Source of the DNA: Candidatus Latescibacterota bacterium
Lineage (GTDB): Bacteria > Latescibacterota > UBA2968 > UBA8231
Assembly: GCA_965215195.1 (NCBI GenBank)
Contig: CBDCDC010000002.1
Span: forward strand, 2,400,001-2,464,000
Reading direction: 5' to 3'
DNA: 64,000 bases
Shown: positions 28,847 to 37,436 of the stretch, one piece after another
Position numbering within the stretch: the first letter of the stretch is position 1
Layout of the letters: each line of letters begins with the position of its first letter
The notes under the pieces: generated by a model
Seen by the model: only the letters and a program-made list of their open reading frames with translations
Database searches by the model: none
Told to the model about the DNA's origin: nothing
Made by a program: the position numbers and the translations under genes

Positions 28847-29731
28847 ACCAATGGTGCTAGTGAGTTGACCGTGGTCGAGGTAGTTCCTACGCTGAGGGTG
28901 TCCCCCCTTCCAGCGAAGGAGCGTCCCATGACCACGGCCGAGTTTATAATAGCCCTCTTCTATCGGATCGACAACCAGATGGGCGATGTGCCCAAACACC
29001 CCCAAGCCGCCTTATATCCCAGCGAAACGGTGACCCTGGCGGTTCTATATGCGCTCAAAGGGGACGGCAAACGGGCGTTTTATCGCTGGGTAGTGCGCGA
29101 TTGGCGCGCCTTTTTCCCGCGCCTGCCCGAACGCACCCGCTTGTTCCGCCTGTTTGTCGCCCATGCGGACTGGACCGATCGCTTTCGAGCGGACCCCACC
29201 CCCTTAGGCGTGATCGATAGCTATGGCATCGAGTTGATCCATCCAGTACGCGAAGGCCGCTCCGCTCACCCTATCGGCCAGAAAGGGTTGTCCAATCACC
29301 GCTGGATCGTCGGCGGCAAGCTGGGCTTGATCGTCAACCAGTGGGGCTTGATCGTCGATTGGGATTGTAACACGGCCAATGTCCACGATTCGGTCTTTCA
29401 CCCGATGATTGGTCGCTACGAAGAGCAGATGATCCTCCTCAGCGACCAAGGCTTTCATGCCAAAGAAGGTGATCCGGCTAATCTGAAAGTGTGTCCCCGC
29501 AAAACCTGGGGCGACCGGATGGTCATCGAGACCGTCTTTTCGATGCTGACCCGCATTGGCCGGTTCAAGCGACAGACCCATCGAGCTTGGGCCTACTTTA
29601 GAGCGCATCTGAGCGCGGCCATGGCCGCCTTTAACCTGCTGGCACAGTGGCATGGATTGCAACCGGATGAAAATGGATTCGTCCCGTTGTCCATCGCGGA
29701 ATTTAGCTTGTAGCCCACTAGCACCATTGGT
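28847..29731 (+). mobile_element. IS982-family insertion sequence, copy 1 (885 bp)
   Basis: Terminal IR ACCAATGGTGCTAGTG, 5-bp TSD TACTA. Confidence 0.88.
28928..29713 (+). CDS. IS982-like DDE transposase
   Basis: VIDS, NVHD, LSDQGF, RMVIETVFS. Confidence 0.85.
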   Translation: MTTAEFIIALFYRIDNQMGDVPKHPQAALYPSETVTLAVLYALKGDGKRAFYRWVVRDWRAFFPRLPERTRLFRLFVAHADWTDRFRADPTPLGVIDSYGIELIHPVREGRSAHPIGQKGLSNHRWIVGGKLGLIVNQWGLIVDWDCNTANVHDSVFHPMIGRYEEQMILLSDQGFHAKEGDPANLKVCPRKTWGDRMVIETVFSMLTRIGRFKRQTHRAWAYFRAHLSAAMAAFNLLAQWHGLQPDENGFVPLSIAEFSL

Positions 29732-29979
29732 TACTAGAGCGGCAATGCGCTCTTCTTGACGCTGTTTGGCGGCAATGCGCTCGCGGCGACCGCGTTCGAC
29801 GATCGCCGTAATTCCCGCTAACCAAACCTGCGCTTCTAGTACCCGCCTTTGCTCAACCAATTCTCGTGCCCGGCGCAGTGTATTTTCCACGAGACTTTTC
29901 AGCCTTGGATCTTCGGCCAGCACCGTCTTCAACTCGGTTGTGGCGAGTTCCGAGTGCAGTCGCGCATGTAAGGTAGCCA

Positions 29980-30963
29980 TTAATTTTTTAGCTGGTCAAG
30001 CAAGTGACCCCACAGTTGCCCGGATCTTTCCGCAGCTTCGTCGTGAGCCTTTTTTTGCTTTTCCAACATTTTTTCGAAATGATCGCGGTCAGCGCGTTTT
30101 TGCTCCTCCTGCCTCCGCGTCTCCGCTTCAACGAGTGAGCGAAGTGCCTCAATTGCCTTTTCAAATTCTGAATTGAGTTTTTTGCGAGTGTCTTCAACTA
30201 GTGCAAAGGTGTCTTTTACTTTCGCCAACTCTTCATCGATGGCCTTGTTTCTCCGTTCCGCCACATCTTCTTGCCATGCTCGCTCTTGCGCGGCCAGTGT
30301 TGCAAGATTCTTCTCAAAAGACGAAGCCAATGCCTGCGTCACGGATTGCCATTCGGCGAGTACGTTCGCCTGCCGTTTGGCGAAGTGATCCTCAACGGCT
30401 TCAATGGTCTTTTGCGTCGCTTGAATTACGGCTGCGTGTTGTTCCACCGCCTCTTTTGTCGCCTCGCAGAGCTGTGCAAATTCACTGCGTGCTTGTTTCG
30501 CTTCGGCCTGCATGGCCTCGGTTCTCGATTGCACCGCTTCTTCTTGCCATGCTCGCTCTTGCTCGGCCAGTGTTGCAAGATGCGAGCGAACATCCGATAA
30601 CATCTTTTCAAAAGACGAATCCAATGCTTGCGTCACAGATTGCCATTCGGCCAGCGTCTTGGTACGCCAGTCTTGGTCTCGCTTTCCGTACTCCTCGACA
30701 AGACGCTCAAACCGTTCCGCGAGAATTTTGTTTGCCTCGCTTTGCGCCGCTTTAGCTTCTTTGTTTGCTTCCCCGAGCCCTTCGTGAATGCTCAAGAGCA
30801 ACTGAACCAAATTCTGTCCAGCTTGCGCTGAAAGTACCCCGGCGACCACAGCAAGCCCCATCACAATAGCCCACGTTTCAACAGGGGGCATGACGATGGT
30901 TAAAACAGCCCCGGCGACCAAGGGGAACACAGCAACGAATGCAAATGATACCGTTTTCTTCAA
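29980..30963 (-). CDS. 2-TM membrane-anchored coiled-coil protein with internal duplication
   Basis: TTG start (TTGA overlap, AGGAG RBS); two hydrophobic helices; EWQSVTQAL.SSFEK..LATLA.QERAWQE twice. Confidence 0.75.
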   Translation of the reverse strand: MKKTVSFAFVAVFPLVAGAVLTIVMPPVETWAIVMGLAVVAGVLSAQAGQNLVQLLLSIHEGLGEANKEAKAAQSEANKILAERFERLVEEYGKRDQDWRTKTLAEWQSVTQALDSSFEKMLSDVRSHLATLAEQERAWQEEAVQSRTEAMQAEAKQARSEFAQLCEATKEAVEQHAAVIQATQKTIEAVEDHFAKRQANVLAEWQSVTQALASSFEKNLATLAAQERAWQEDVAERRNKAIDEELAKVKDTFALVEDTRKKLNSEFEKAIEALRSLVEAETRRQEEQKRADRDHFEKMLEKQKKAHDEAAERSGQLWGHLLDQLKN

Positions 30964-31619
30964 GAGTCTGTCTCCTCTCCTTTTAATGTTTCGTCGATGC
31001 GCTGTATGTGTGTAGCCAAGTCGCGGATACGCACCATATCTGCCCGCCATTTGTCCCATAGCTTCCGATAAAGCTTCCATAGATTTGGCCGGAAGACATC
31101 GTACAGCACGACTCCACCATCCAACTCATCTCGCCAGTCATCGTACCTTGCGCGATCTTTTGCAAGGCGTACTCGAAATGCCTTGAGGGAATGCGTCAAT
31201 TCGCCGACAAATTCGTTGCGGAGCCGCTCGGTATAGGCTTCTGTGACAAGCCCCTCAACCGCACTTTGCAATACGATGAACCGTTTCGGTGAGTCGGCAA
31301 AAGTCCCGGCCTCAACCATTGATCGAGTCGCTGCCGAGAAGAGCCTATCTACTTGGGGATTATCCAGTAAAGCACTCGCGGACGGCAGGTTTTGACTTGT
31401 TCCTTCCTCGAGTACTTTCCTCAGAACGCCCAAAATTTCGTACACCAGTTTCAGGATTTCGTCTTGAGCCTCCAATGGCGGCTCCCCCATCTCGGCCGTG
31501 TCGCCTATCTCTGGGGGCCTAACGACCGGGAAACGCTGGCTTTTTGCAAAGGCATCGCGCCCGTCAAAGCCGGTGAGGAACCCGATGAATTCGGAAGAAT
31601 TTTTTGCCCATGTCGTCAT
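30960..31619 (-). CDS. Hypothetical protein (dynamin operon gene 5)
   Basis: TAATG coupling to the upstream gene; ~219 aa, helical character. Confidence 0.7.
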   Translation of the reverse strand: MTTWAKNSSEFIGFLTGFDGRDAFAKSQRFPVVRPPEIGDTAEMGEPPLEAQDEILKLVYEILGVLRKVLEEGTSQNLPSASALLDNPQVDRLFSAATRSMVEAGTFADSPKRFIVLQSAVEGLVTEAYTERLRNEFVGELTHSLKAFRVRLAKDRARYDDWRDELDGGVVLYDVFRPNLWKLYRKLWDKWRADMVRIRDLATHIQRIDETLKGEETDS

Positions 31620-32626
31620 TATGGCTCTACCACGATCCAAGGCTGGTTCTTAATCGCATTGAACTTTTCGAGTGCTCGGCTAACTTTTGGCAACACTTTT
31701 GAGCGTACCCCTTCATCGTTTTCTCCACGCACGAGAGATGCCGCTCTAAAGAGTCCTATGCGAACAGGTGTGTCTTGCCAAAAGTGGGAAAGCCAGTCAA
31801 TTACGTCTCGAGGTCCTATTTGCTCTCTATTGACGCACCACACGACCCGGCGTACTCGCCGCCATTGATGCAACTCCGCCGCTTCGGGAAGCACTTTCAA
31901 CTCTGGCCATAAGACAATCCAGCGATCGCGGGCGAGCAACGGATTTGGAACCTCAACTGCAATGGTTTCACCTTCAAAATGCGATAAAGTCGAATGGGAA
32001 GATGCCAGAACTTTTGCAGCATCAGTGCTTGTCAGCGATTCGGTTACACGTAGGCGACGGGGCCAACCCTCCCGCGTGACCTCTACGCGGTGATACTCGG
32101 GTGCGATGAGCCTTGATCGGTGAGAGCCGAAGAGCAGTAGCGGGCGGTTTGTGGGGAAAACATCCCTCGTGAGCCCCATTGATAGGAGCACGTGTTCCAG
32201 TGCGGGACGCGACCGAGACAACCAGAGATCAGCCGACTCCTCGAAGAGTATATCTACGGCGTTCTCTGCTTCATATCGCTCAGACTCAGTGTCGAAACTG
32301 GCGAATGGACCATCCTCGTCAAATTCAGTATTGAGACCGGCGAATGGACCATCCTCGTCAAATTCAGTATTGAGACCGGCGAATGGACCATCCTCGTCAA
32401 ACTCAGTATTGAGACCGGCGGATGGACCATCATCGTCAAACTCAGTGTCGAGACCGGCGAATGGATCATCAATCTCTGGTTCAGACCCATCATCAGCGAT
32501 CCCTGTATCGAAACCGGCAAGTGGATCATCGCTCGAGTCGACTACACTGGCGTCGGACAAGGCTTTCTCCAAGCCCCGTTTTCTTTTGAGAACCCGTTCC
32601 CAGAGATCTGCTGTGCCTTGACTCAT
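31619..32626 (-). CDS. Acidic-repeat protein with possible degenerate dynamin-type G domain
   Basis: ATGA coupling; (GPFAGLNTEFDED)n; IAVEVPNPLLARDRWIVLWP resembles the strand before DTPG in DLPs. Confidence 0.7.
   Translation of the reverse strand: MSQGTADLWERVLKRKRGLEKALSDASVVDSSDDPLAGFDTGIADDGSEPEIDDPFAGLDTEFDDDGPSAGLNTEFDEDGPFAGLNTEFDEDGPFAGLNTEFDEDGPFASFDTESERYEAENAVDILFEESADLWLSRSRPALEHVLLSMGLTRDVFPTNRPLLLFGSHRSRLIAPEYHRVEVTREGWPRRLRVTESLTSTDAAKVLASSHSTLSHFEGETIAVEVPNPLLARDRWIVLWPELKVLPEAAELHQWRRVRRVVWCVNREQIGPRDVIDWLSHFWQDTPVRIGLFRAASLVRGENDEGVRSKVLPKVSRALEKFNAIKNQPWIVVEP
32287..32530 (-). repeat. 39-bp tandem repeat (13-aa acidic unit), about 5 copies plus a degenerate one
   Basis: accggcgaatggaccatcctcgtcaaattcagtattgag repeated in tandem. 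Confidence 0.92.
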
Positions 32627-34989
32627 AATGCCTCCAACTGTGACAATGCAGACTGAAGGGCCAAACGCATCTTCTCGTTGTTTTCGAGGGCTTCTTTGAC
32701 GGCAGCTTCCCCCTGAGCCTGTTTTGCTTGCGCTTCCTTCAACGCGGCTTGAACCTCGGCCTTGATCGCACGCACACGCTCCCGCAGGTGATTCTCAAGT
32801 GCTTCATGGGCGGAATCAAAACCTGCGCTCACTGCCCGGCGAATATCCGCGAAAAGAGAATCCCCATCGCGAGCGAGCAATTGGCGAGCGAGCTGGTCCA
32901 CTAGTGCCGCCTTAGCCTTAGATGCTTCTTCCTCCCGCTCTATATTCTGCCGGTGTACCTCCAAACGTGCGGTTCGTTGTTCTACGCTCTCCAGTTCGGT
33001 GCGTTTTTCCCGCAGGCGTTGCTCAAAATGATCCTGCCGCAACCGAATTTTTTCTCGCTCATATCCGAGCTTGAGTATCTCATCGTCGTAGGGTTTCTTG
33101 AGCTTGAGAAACTCCTGACGAACCTCTTCGTTTTCGATTTCGACTATTTTATTTGGATGTAGATGACCGCCAATTTTTTCCCCCAAGCGTTCTCCCCACG
33201 TTTCAAGGGACAAGTTTTCGCCAATTTTCGCCAACCAACTCTGGGATCCCTGTTCTGTCGTCGTCCAGCCGCGCTTAATCGGTATATGTTGTGCGCCCGT
33301 CGCCCAGCTGCGCAGCCATTTGTTGCGAGCGGCGATGAGGCCATTGTATTTCTTGATCCCACCAATGATCTGATTACTCCGTGGTAGATTTTTCAAAAAC
33401 ATGCCGACTTTTCCACTGGTGGGAATAGGAATAGGTGCTAAGGTCAAAACCACATCGGCTATCTTTCCCACTACGCGCCCAGCTTCCTGAAATTCTCGCT
33501 TTCCTTGGTCCAGAGAAACCTTATCCTTCTGCGGCACATAGACGAGTTTATCGCGCTCCGCTTGTGTAACAGACAGCGCCCGCTGGATGTCTTCCAGCTC
33601 CTCGGTCATGGGCGCGTGTTCCTGCAATTCCTTAATTTGGCGCAATAAGTCTGCTCGGGAACGCTGCAAATTTTCGACATCTGTCGCGTCCTCACCGGCG
33701 CGATTGGCTATTGTTCCCTCTGGCAGTTCTTGTAGCCAATCCGTTGAAATTCCCATCTGCTCAAAGTGTTGGGCTGCCACGGTCTGGGCGATTTGGACAC
33801 CCGCTTGATCGAGCTGTCTCAAGCGATCTTCGGCCGTGGCAATACACGCTTTGTGCCATTGTAGGACATAGCCGCGAATGGAACCATCGGCGAATCGCTG
33901 GACTTCGTCCCGGCCCTGCAATGTAGCGATCTTTGCGGAAATGGTTTGGAGGGTCTCCTTACCGATTTCGTACATGTGATTGAACGCCTCCAAACGCAAC
34001 CGCTTACAGCGACCCTTCAATGTATTGGTGGCATCTCTGAGACCGGCCTCCTGATCGGCCCCTTCCTCGACAATATCGCGCTCTTCGCCCTTGCCTTGTT
34101 CTTTTATGGTCAAAGCCTCAGCTTCGAGAGCCGACTGCTTGAGGCGGAGAGCCGACAATTCACTCTCAATTTTCGCAATCACGCGCCCGCCAATATGGTA
34201 CGCGACCAACTGATCGCGGCGCGTTCCCGTTACTTCTGACAAAACCTGCCGAAGAGTAGCAATACCTCTCCCTTCGGTACTCGATGTCGGCAATATCTCA
34301 AGCGGCGAGATGCCGCACTCTGCGAGGCGATTGCGAAAATCGTCGATCACCCGATCTACTTCACCTGAAGGAAGTAGATCTATTTTTGTCAGCGCGATTA
34401 CGACACTCGCCGAATTGTCGCCCAAACTATCCAAGTAATCAATATCAGTTCTCCGGCTCGTACTAGTCGCGGGAATGGCTAATATCACCACTGGCGCGGT
34501 AGCGGCAGCAGCCCAAGCGCGTCCCTCCAACTCCGGCGTGTTGGTATTCATTCCGGGTGTATCCACGATACTCGCGTTCCAAGTCGCCAAATCGTCGCAT
34601 CGCAGACCGACTTCGAGGCGCGAACCGTCAGCGAGCGTTTCTTTGCCCCGCACCAGTGCGTCCCAACGTGCGTCATCTTCGCTACACTCCTCCCATTCAC
34701 CGGTATCATCATGCACCACGGCGCGATAGCCGGCTGGCGCATATTTGACCTCGACCGGGCGCGCCGTGGATTCGAGAACATCTTGGGGAAAACTCGTCGC
34801 CGTATCAGCACCAAAGATGCGAGTAACCAACGCGCTTTTTCCCGATCCGGTTTCGCCGATGATGGGAATGCTCAACGGTGCTGCGTGTGCCGCATTAGAC
34901 TCATCGCGCACATAAGCCGCCAAACGGTCCAATCCAGCCGAATCCAGTGTCTCGACGATCGCTTTCCAGCGTTCCACAGCGTTGCTCAT
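32623..34989 (-). CDS. Dynamin-like GTPase 3
   Basis: G1 GETGSGKS, G2 LEST, G3 DTPG, G4 TKID; long helical stalk; hydrophobic VVGKIADVVLTLAPIPIP. Confidence 0.88.
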   Translation of the reverse strand: MSNAVERWKAIVETLDSAGLDRLAAYVRDESNAAHAAPLSIPIIGETGSGKSALVTRIFGADTATSFPQDVLESTARPVEVKYAPAGYRAVVHDDTGEWEECSEDDARWDALVRGKETLADGSRLEVGLRCDDLATWNASIVDTPGMNTNTPELEGRAWAAAATAPVVILAIPATSTSRRTDIDYLDSLGDNSASVVIALTKIDLLPSGEVDRVIDDFRNRLAECGISPLEILPTSSTEGRGIATLRQVLSEVTGTRRDQLVAYHIGGRVIAKIESELSALRLKQSALEAEALTIKEQGKGEERDIVEEGADQEAGLRDATNTLKGRCKRLRLEAFNHMYEIGKETLQTISAKIATLQGRDEVQRFADGSIRGYVLQWHKACIATAEDRLRQLDQAGVQIAQTVAAQHFEQMGISTDWLQELPEGTIANRAGEDATDVENLQRSRADLLRQIKELQEHAPMTEELEDIQRALSVTQAERDKLVYVPQKDKVSLDQGKREFQEAGRVVGKIADVVLTLAPIPIPTSGKVGMFLKNLPRSNQIIGGIKKYNGLIAARNKWLRSWATGAQHIPIKRGWTTTEQGSQSWLAKIGENLSLETWGERLGEKIGGHLHPNKIVEIENEEVRQEFLKLKKPYDDEILKLGYEREKIRLRQDHFEQRLREKRTELESVEQRTARLEVHRQNIEREEEASKAKAALVDQLARQLLARDGDSLFADIRRAVSAGFDSAHEALENHLRERVRAIKAEVQAALKEAQAKQAQGEAAVKEALENNEKMRLALQSALSQLEAL

Positions 34990-34991
34990 TT

Positions 34992-37436
34992 TTACTTCTC
35001 CTCGCCAGACTCGGCGACAAAAGCCTCGTGCTTTTTATTTAATGCGTCGCCGTCTCTTGCTAGGGTCTCCAAGTCTTCTATTGCCTGCGTAATCCCTTCC
35101 TTTGCCGTGTCCCGCTCGCTCTCTTTGACTTCCTTCATAGATTGGAGCTTTGCCAACTCCTGATTGTGGTCCTTCAAAGTGGCATCGAGTTCCGCCATTG
35201 CGTTCTCGATAAAATCCGTGGCCACCTTTTCGGTCTGACCGATACAGTGCTCCACAGCGGCTTTTAGGGTTTCCTCAACGCGTTGAAAGGTGTTGACCAG
35301 TTCTCCTTTGGCTGATACCAAAGCGGATTTACGGGCTTTCCCCTTCTTTTCCCGATACTGGCTTTCTACCCGTTTCAATGCCTGCTCCTGCTTTCGCTTG
35401 AGTTCTTCCAGCTTCTCGGAGCGGCGTCTCGCCAGCACCTCGGCGTCATACTTTTCTTTCGCCTTTTCCGCTAAGCGGTCGAGTTCAGCCAATTTCTCAG
35501 CGTGCTCCGTCTGAATGTTCCTACGACACTGATCATAATGTTTTCGGTCTGTGTCATCTCTAACCGTTTCCTCATAAGATTCCTGCCCTGTTCTGGACGA
35601 CCCTATTAGGCCTCCGCCAGCTCCTCCAGCCGCTGCACCTAACAGTGCCCCTATTGGACCTCCGAGAAAAAATCCCAATACGCCTCCTGCTACACTCCCA
35701 CCAGCCGCTCCCTTTGCTCCTCCACTCGGAACTTCTCTCTGTTTTACTTCTGGATAAACTCTCACTTCGGGACGGCTGCCGAGATGTTGGAGTTCACTGT
35801 GATATTCCTCGCTCAGTTGCTGCCTTTTCTCCTTTAGGTCCTTGTAGCGATGTTCGTCTATGCCTGCTCGGGCGTCATCCAACTTCTCCAACTGTCGATC
35901 GATGTCTTCTATTTCTCGCTCGCTTTTCTTGAGCTTCGCTTCTTCGGCTCCATCGATCTTTGGTGCCTGCAACTGAAAAGTCATTTCCGGCACTTCTGGA
36001 AGGTCGAAAGTGACTTCTCCCAATTCGCTCTGGATCTGTTTCCGAATCTCTCGAGTCTGCTTACGCAACACGCGACCTACAGCGTCATTCAAAAATTTCC
36101 CCGCTTGCCTATCGAGTGCCGCCAACTTTCTGCCCGGTAAGTCGGCCAAGCGGGCACCATCATTCCAGTTATCTTTAAGTGCCTCATGAGAGTCGTAGGC
36201 GTTGAGCTCGTCTCGAATCGCTTCTAAGGCGAGTTTGCATTGCTCCTCAAAAGCCTCTTGTGCTTTCAATAATTCCTGTGATAATTCCTCGGACAGTTCA
36301 TCCGTCATGCCTTCGAGTTCGCGTTTGCGATCTTCAACAATTCGTTCCGTTTTTTCTATTTCCCGTTCGAGGCCGGATAGATCAAAGGTGCCGTCGAGAA
36401 CCTCAAGTTGCCGATTCAACTTGTCGATGAGTTTGGCGGCCTCGCTTTCAATAAACGAGAGCGGACTATGCAAGAGATCACGACCCTTGCCTCCACCAAA
36501 AAGATACCGCTCAAGGTCGTCCTCAAAGGCATCGATCCCGGACTCTTCGATCAAAGTTTTGCAAAACCGCGGATCCTCTAACTTACTCCGCTCATTCTCC
36601 GCCAAAATCGGAGTTTTCGCGTACCCAGTACGCCCGATCAGTGCCTTCGCACCGGATACGCCAAAGACGCGGCGCATCTTGGACTGATCCACGACATTCC
36701 GAATATTACCTTCCACGCGCTCCAAAACCCGGCTGACTTCACTCCTGTCAACACTGTCAATTTTGTTCACGACAAAGAACAGACGAGCGACCGCTTCTTC
36801 CACACCTTCGAGAAACTCCCGATCCGACCGGGTCATTTGCGTTTCTGCACCAAACAGAAAAATTGCCGCATTACTGCGGTCGATCTGATCGTTGGTAATC
36901 CGAATATGGTTGTGGGTCGTTGTATTCGTTCCCGGGGTATCCACGAGCAGTACGTTGTCCGCGAGGAAGCGCGATTCAACGAAGGCATCTACATGATGCA
37001 CCGAATCCGCCACCTTGTCGCTGCCGAGGGCTGAGAGCCGCGAGGTATAATCCGCGAGTTTATCAACCGGCACTTTTTCCGGTGGCCTTTCATCGGTAAA
37101 ATGGACCTCGACGTAGCCGGATGACTGATCTCTTTCTGCCTTTGGATACCGAAGAAAATTGACTGTTGCCGTACACTCAAGTACGTCCATTGTGAGTAAT
37201 TGCTTGCGCATCATTGCGTTGAGGAGCATGGATTTCCCGCGATTCATTTCGCCGACGACCACGACCACGAATTCCTCACTCTTAACCGTGTTGGCCCGTT
37301 CTTGGAAAGTCTGTGGAAGGCCGCTTGCTCTTTCATCGCCCAAGTGTGGGACGACATTCTCCATGACTGCGGCGGCTCGATTCAATAGGTCAACCACCTC
37401 GTCGCGCAATTCTGCAAACCGATCTTTGATGCTCAT
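34992..37436 (-). CDS. Dynamin-like GTPase 2
   Basis: G1 GEMNRGKS, G2 LECT, G3 DTPG, G4 NKID; glycine-zipper paddle GGVLGFFLGGPIGALLGAAAGG. Confidence 0.92.
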   Translation of the reverse strand: MSIKDRFAELRDEVVDLLNRAAAVMENVVPHLGDERASGLPQTFQERANTVKSEEFVVVVVGEMNRGKSMLLNAMMRKQLLTMDVLECTATVNFLRYPKAERDQSSGYVEVHFTDERPPEKVPVDKLADYTSRLSALGSDKVADSVHHVDAFVESRFLADNVLLVDTPGTNTTTHNHIRITNDQIDRSNAAIFLFGAETQMTRSDREFLEGVEEAVARLFFVVNKIDSVDRSEVSRVLERVEGNIRNVVDQSKMRRVFGVSGAKALIGRTGYAKTPILAENERSKLEDPRFCKTLIEESGIDAFEDDLERYLFGGGKGRDLLHSPLSFIESEAAKLIDKLNRQLEVLDGTFDLSGLEREIEKTERIVEDRKRELEGMTDELSEELSQELLKAQEAFEEQCKLALEAIRDELNAYDSHEALKDNWNDGARLADLPGRKLAALDRQAGKFLNDAVGRVLRKQTREIRKQIQSELGEVTFDLPEVPEMTFQLQAPKIDGAEEAKLKKSEREIEDIDRQLEKLDDARAGIDEHRYKDLKEKRQQLSEEYHSELQHLGSRPEVRVYPEVKQREVPSGGAKGAAGGSVAGGVLGFFLGGPIGALLGAAAGGAGGGLIGSSRTGQESYEETVRDDTDRKHYDQCRRNIQTEHAEKLAELDRLAEKAKEKYDAEVLARRRSEKLEELKRKQEQALKRVESQYREKKGKARKSALVSAKGELVNTFQRVEETLKAAVEHCIGQTEKVATDFIENAMAELDATLKDHNQELAKLQSMKEVKESERDTAKEGITQAIEDLETLARDGDALNKKHEAFVAESGEEK

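Larger units (their letters stand above)
28683..29980 (-). pseudogene. Last gene of the dynamin operon (~135 aa, helical), interrupted by IS982-like element
   Basis: Removing the IS and one TSD restores the frame ...ERIAALV|TNLGSNSPAKDLGELL...RRRTR* with stop at 28683. Confidence 0.8.

Noticed and set aside
29204-29980. 258-aa ORF as a real protein (also the 50144-50806 ORF)
   Set aside because: Both are read-throughs into the antisense strand of the IS.
32287-32530. CRISPR array
   Set aside because: Contiguous 39-bp in-frame coding repeats with no unique spacers and no cas genes.
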